A stretch of 19,274 nt of DNA, counting the filler, from Phallusia mammillata (lineage: Eukaryota): assembly GCA_965637545.1 (NCBI GenBank). It is 2 parts of 2 records of this genome, joined end to end, with 100 filler letters (N's around TTAATTAATTAA, not from the genome) between each part and the next. Parts side by side here need not be neighbours in the genome. Positions count along the whole stretch, not along the records: positions 13,057 to 19,274 come from OZ281497.1; 1 more part is not named here. One strand, 5' to 3'. Position numbers and translations under genes: made by a program. The notes under the pieces were generated by a model, which was not told where the DNA came from, made no database searches, and worked only from the letters and a program-made list of their open reading frames with translations. Of the stretch, positions 19,114-19,274 are shown in pieces (the first letter of the stretch is position 1; each line of letters begins with the position of its first letter).

Positions 19114-19274
19114 CTAAAATCATAAATAACACAAGATGATCATAATTTTCGCCCTAGGTTTTGAAATGTTAAGTTAGCGCAGCACTACCGTATGTATGGA
19201 AGCATGTCACTTAAAAACAACGAAACACCACGATAAATCTTGTTAGGTTTATTTGGTCGGTTATATTCATGATA

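Overview
AT-rich animal genomic DNA with short GT-AG introns (about 55-600 nt). An ascidian/tunicate origin is my inference only. Reconstructed by hand from splice sites and domain motifs, the window holds: (1) probable terminal exons of a gene ending in a hydrophobic GPI/TM-like tail (1-539, +); (2) an 8-exon secreted chymotrypsin-fold (S1) protease gene (4239-7890, +) with the His/Asp/Ser triad retained, but with an in-frame TGA and three 1-nt frameshifts; (3) a signal peptide + tandem LCCL + GPI-signal gene (10587-17800, +) with one in-frame TAA; (4) a near full-length CR1/L2-group LINE (about 13057-17570, -) with ORF1, APE-RT ORF2, several lesions and a duplicated 3' UTR, apparently lying antisense in an intron of gene 3; (5) the 3' end of an F5/8 type C (discoidin) gene (18109-19113, -), convergent with gene 3 and carrying one frameshift; (6) two complete hAT MITEs with perfect 8-bp TSDs, two hAT left-end fragments and a LINE/SINE-like 3' remnant; (7) an artificial 100-nt scaffold gap with a TTAATTAATTAA linker. 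Every confidently recognised coding unit has at least one lesion, so pseudogenisation and assembly error cannot be separated from sequence alone. I found no firm evidence for a wholly new system. The best leads are the LCCL-only GPI protein, the atypical protease, and the 3' stem-loop shared by two retroelements.
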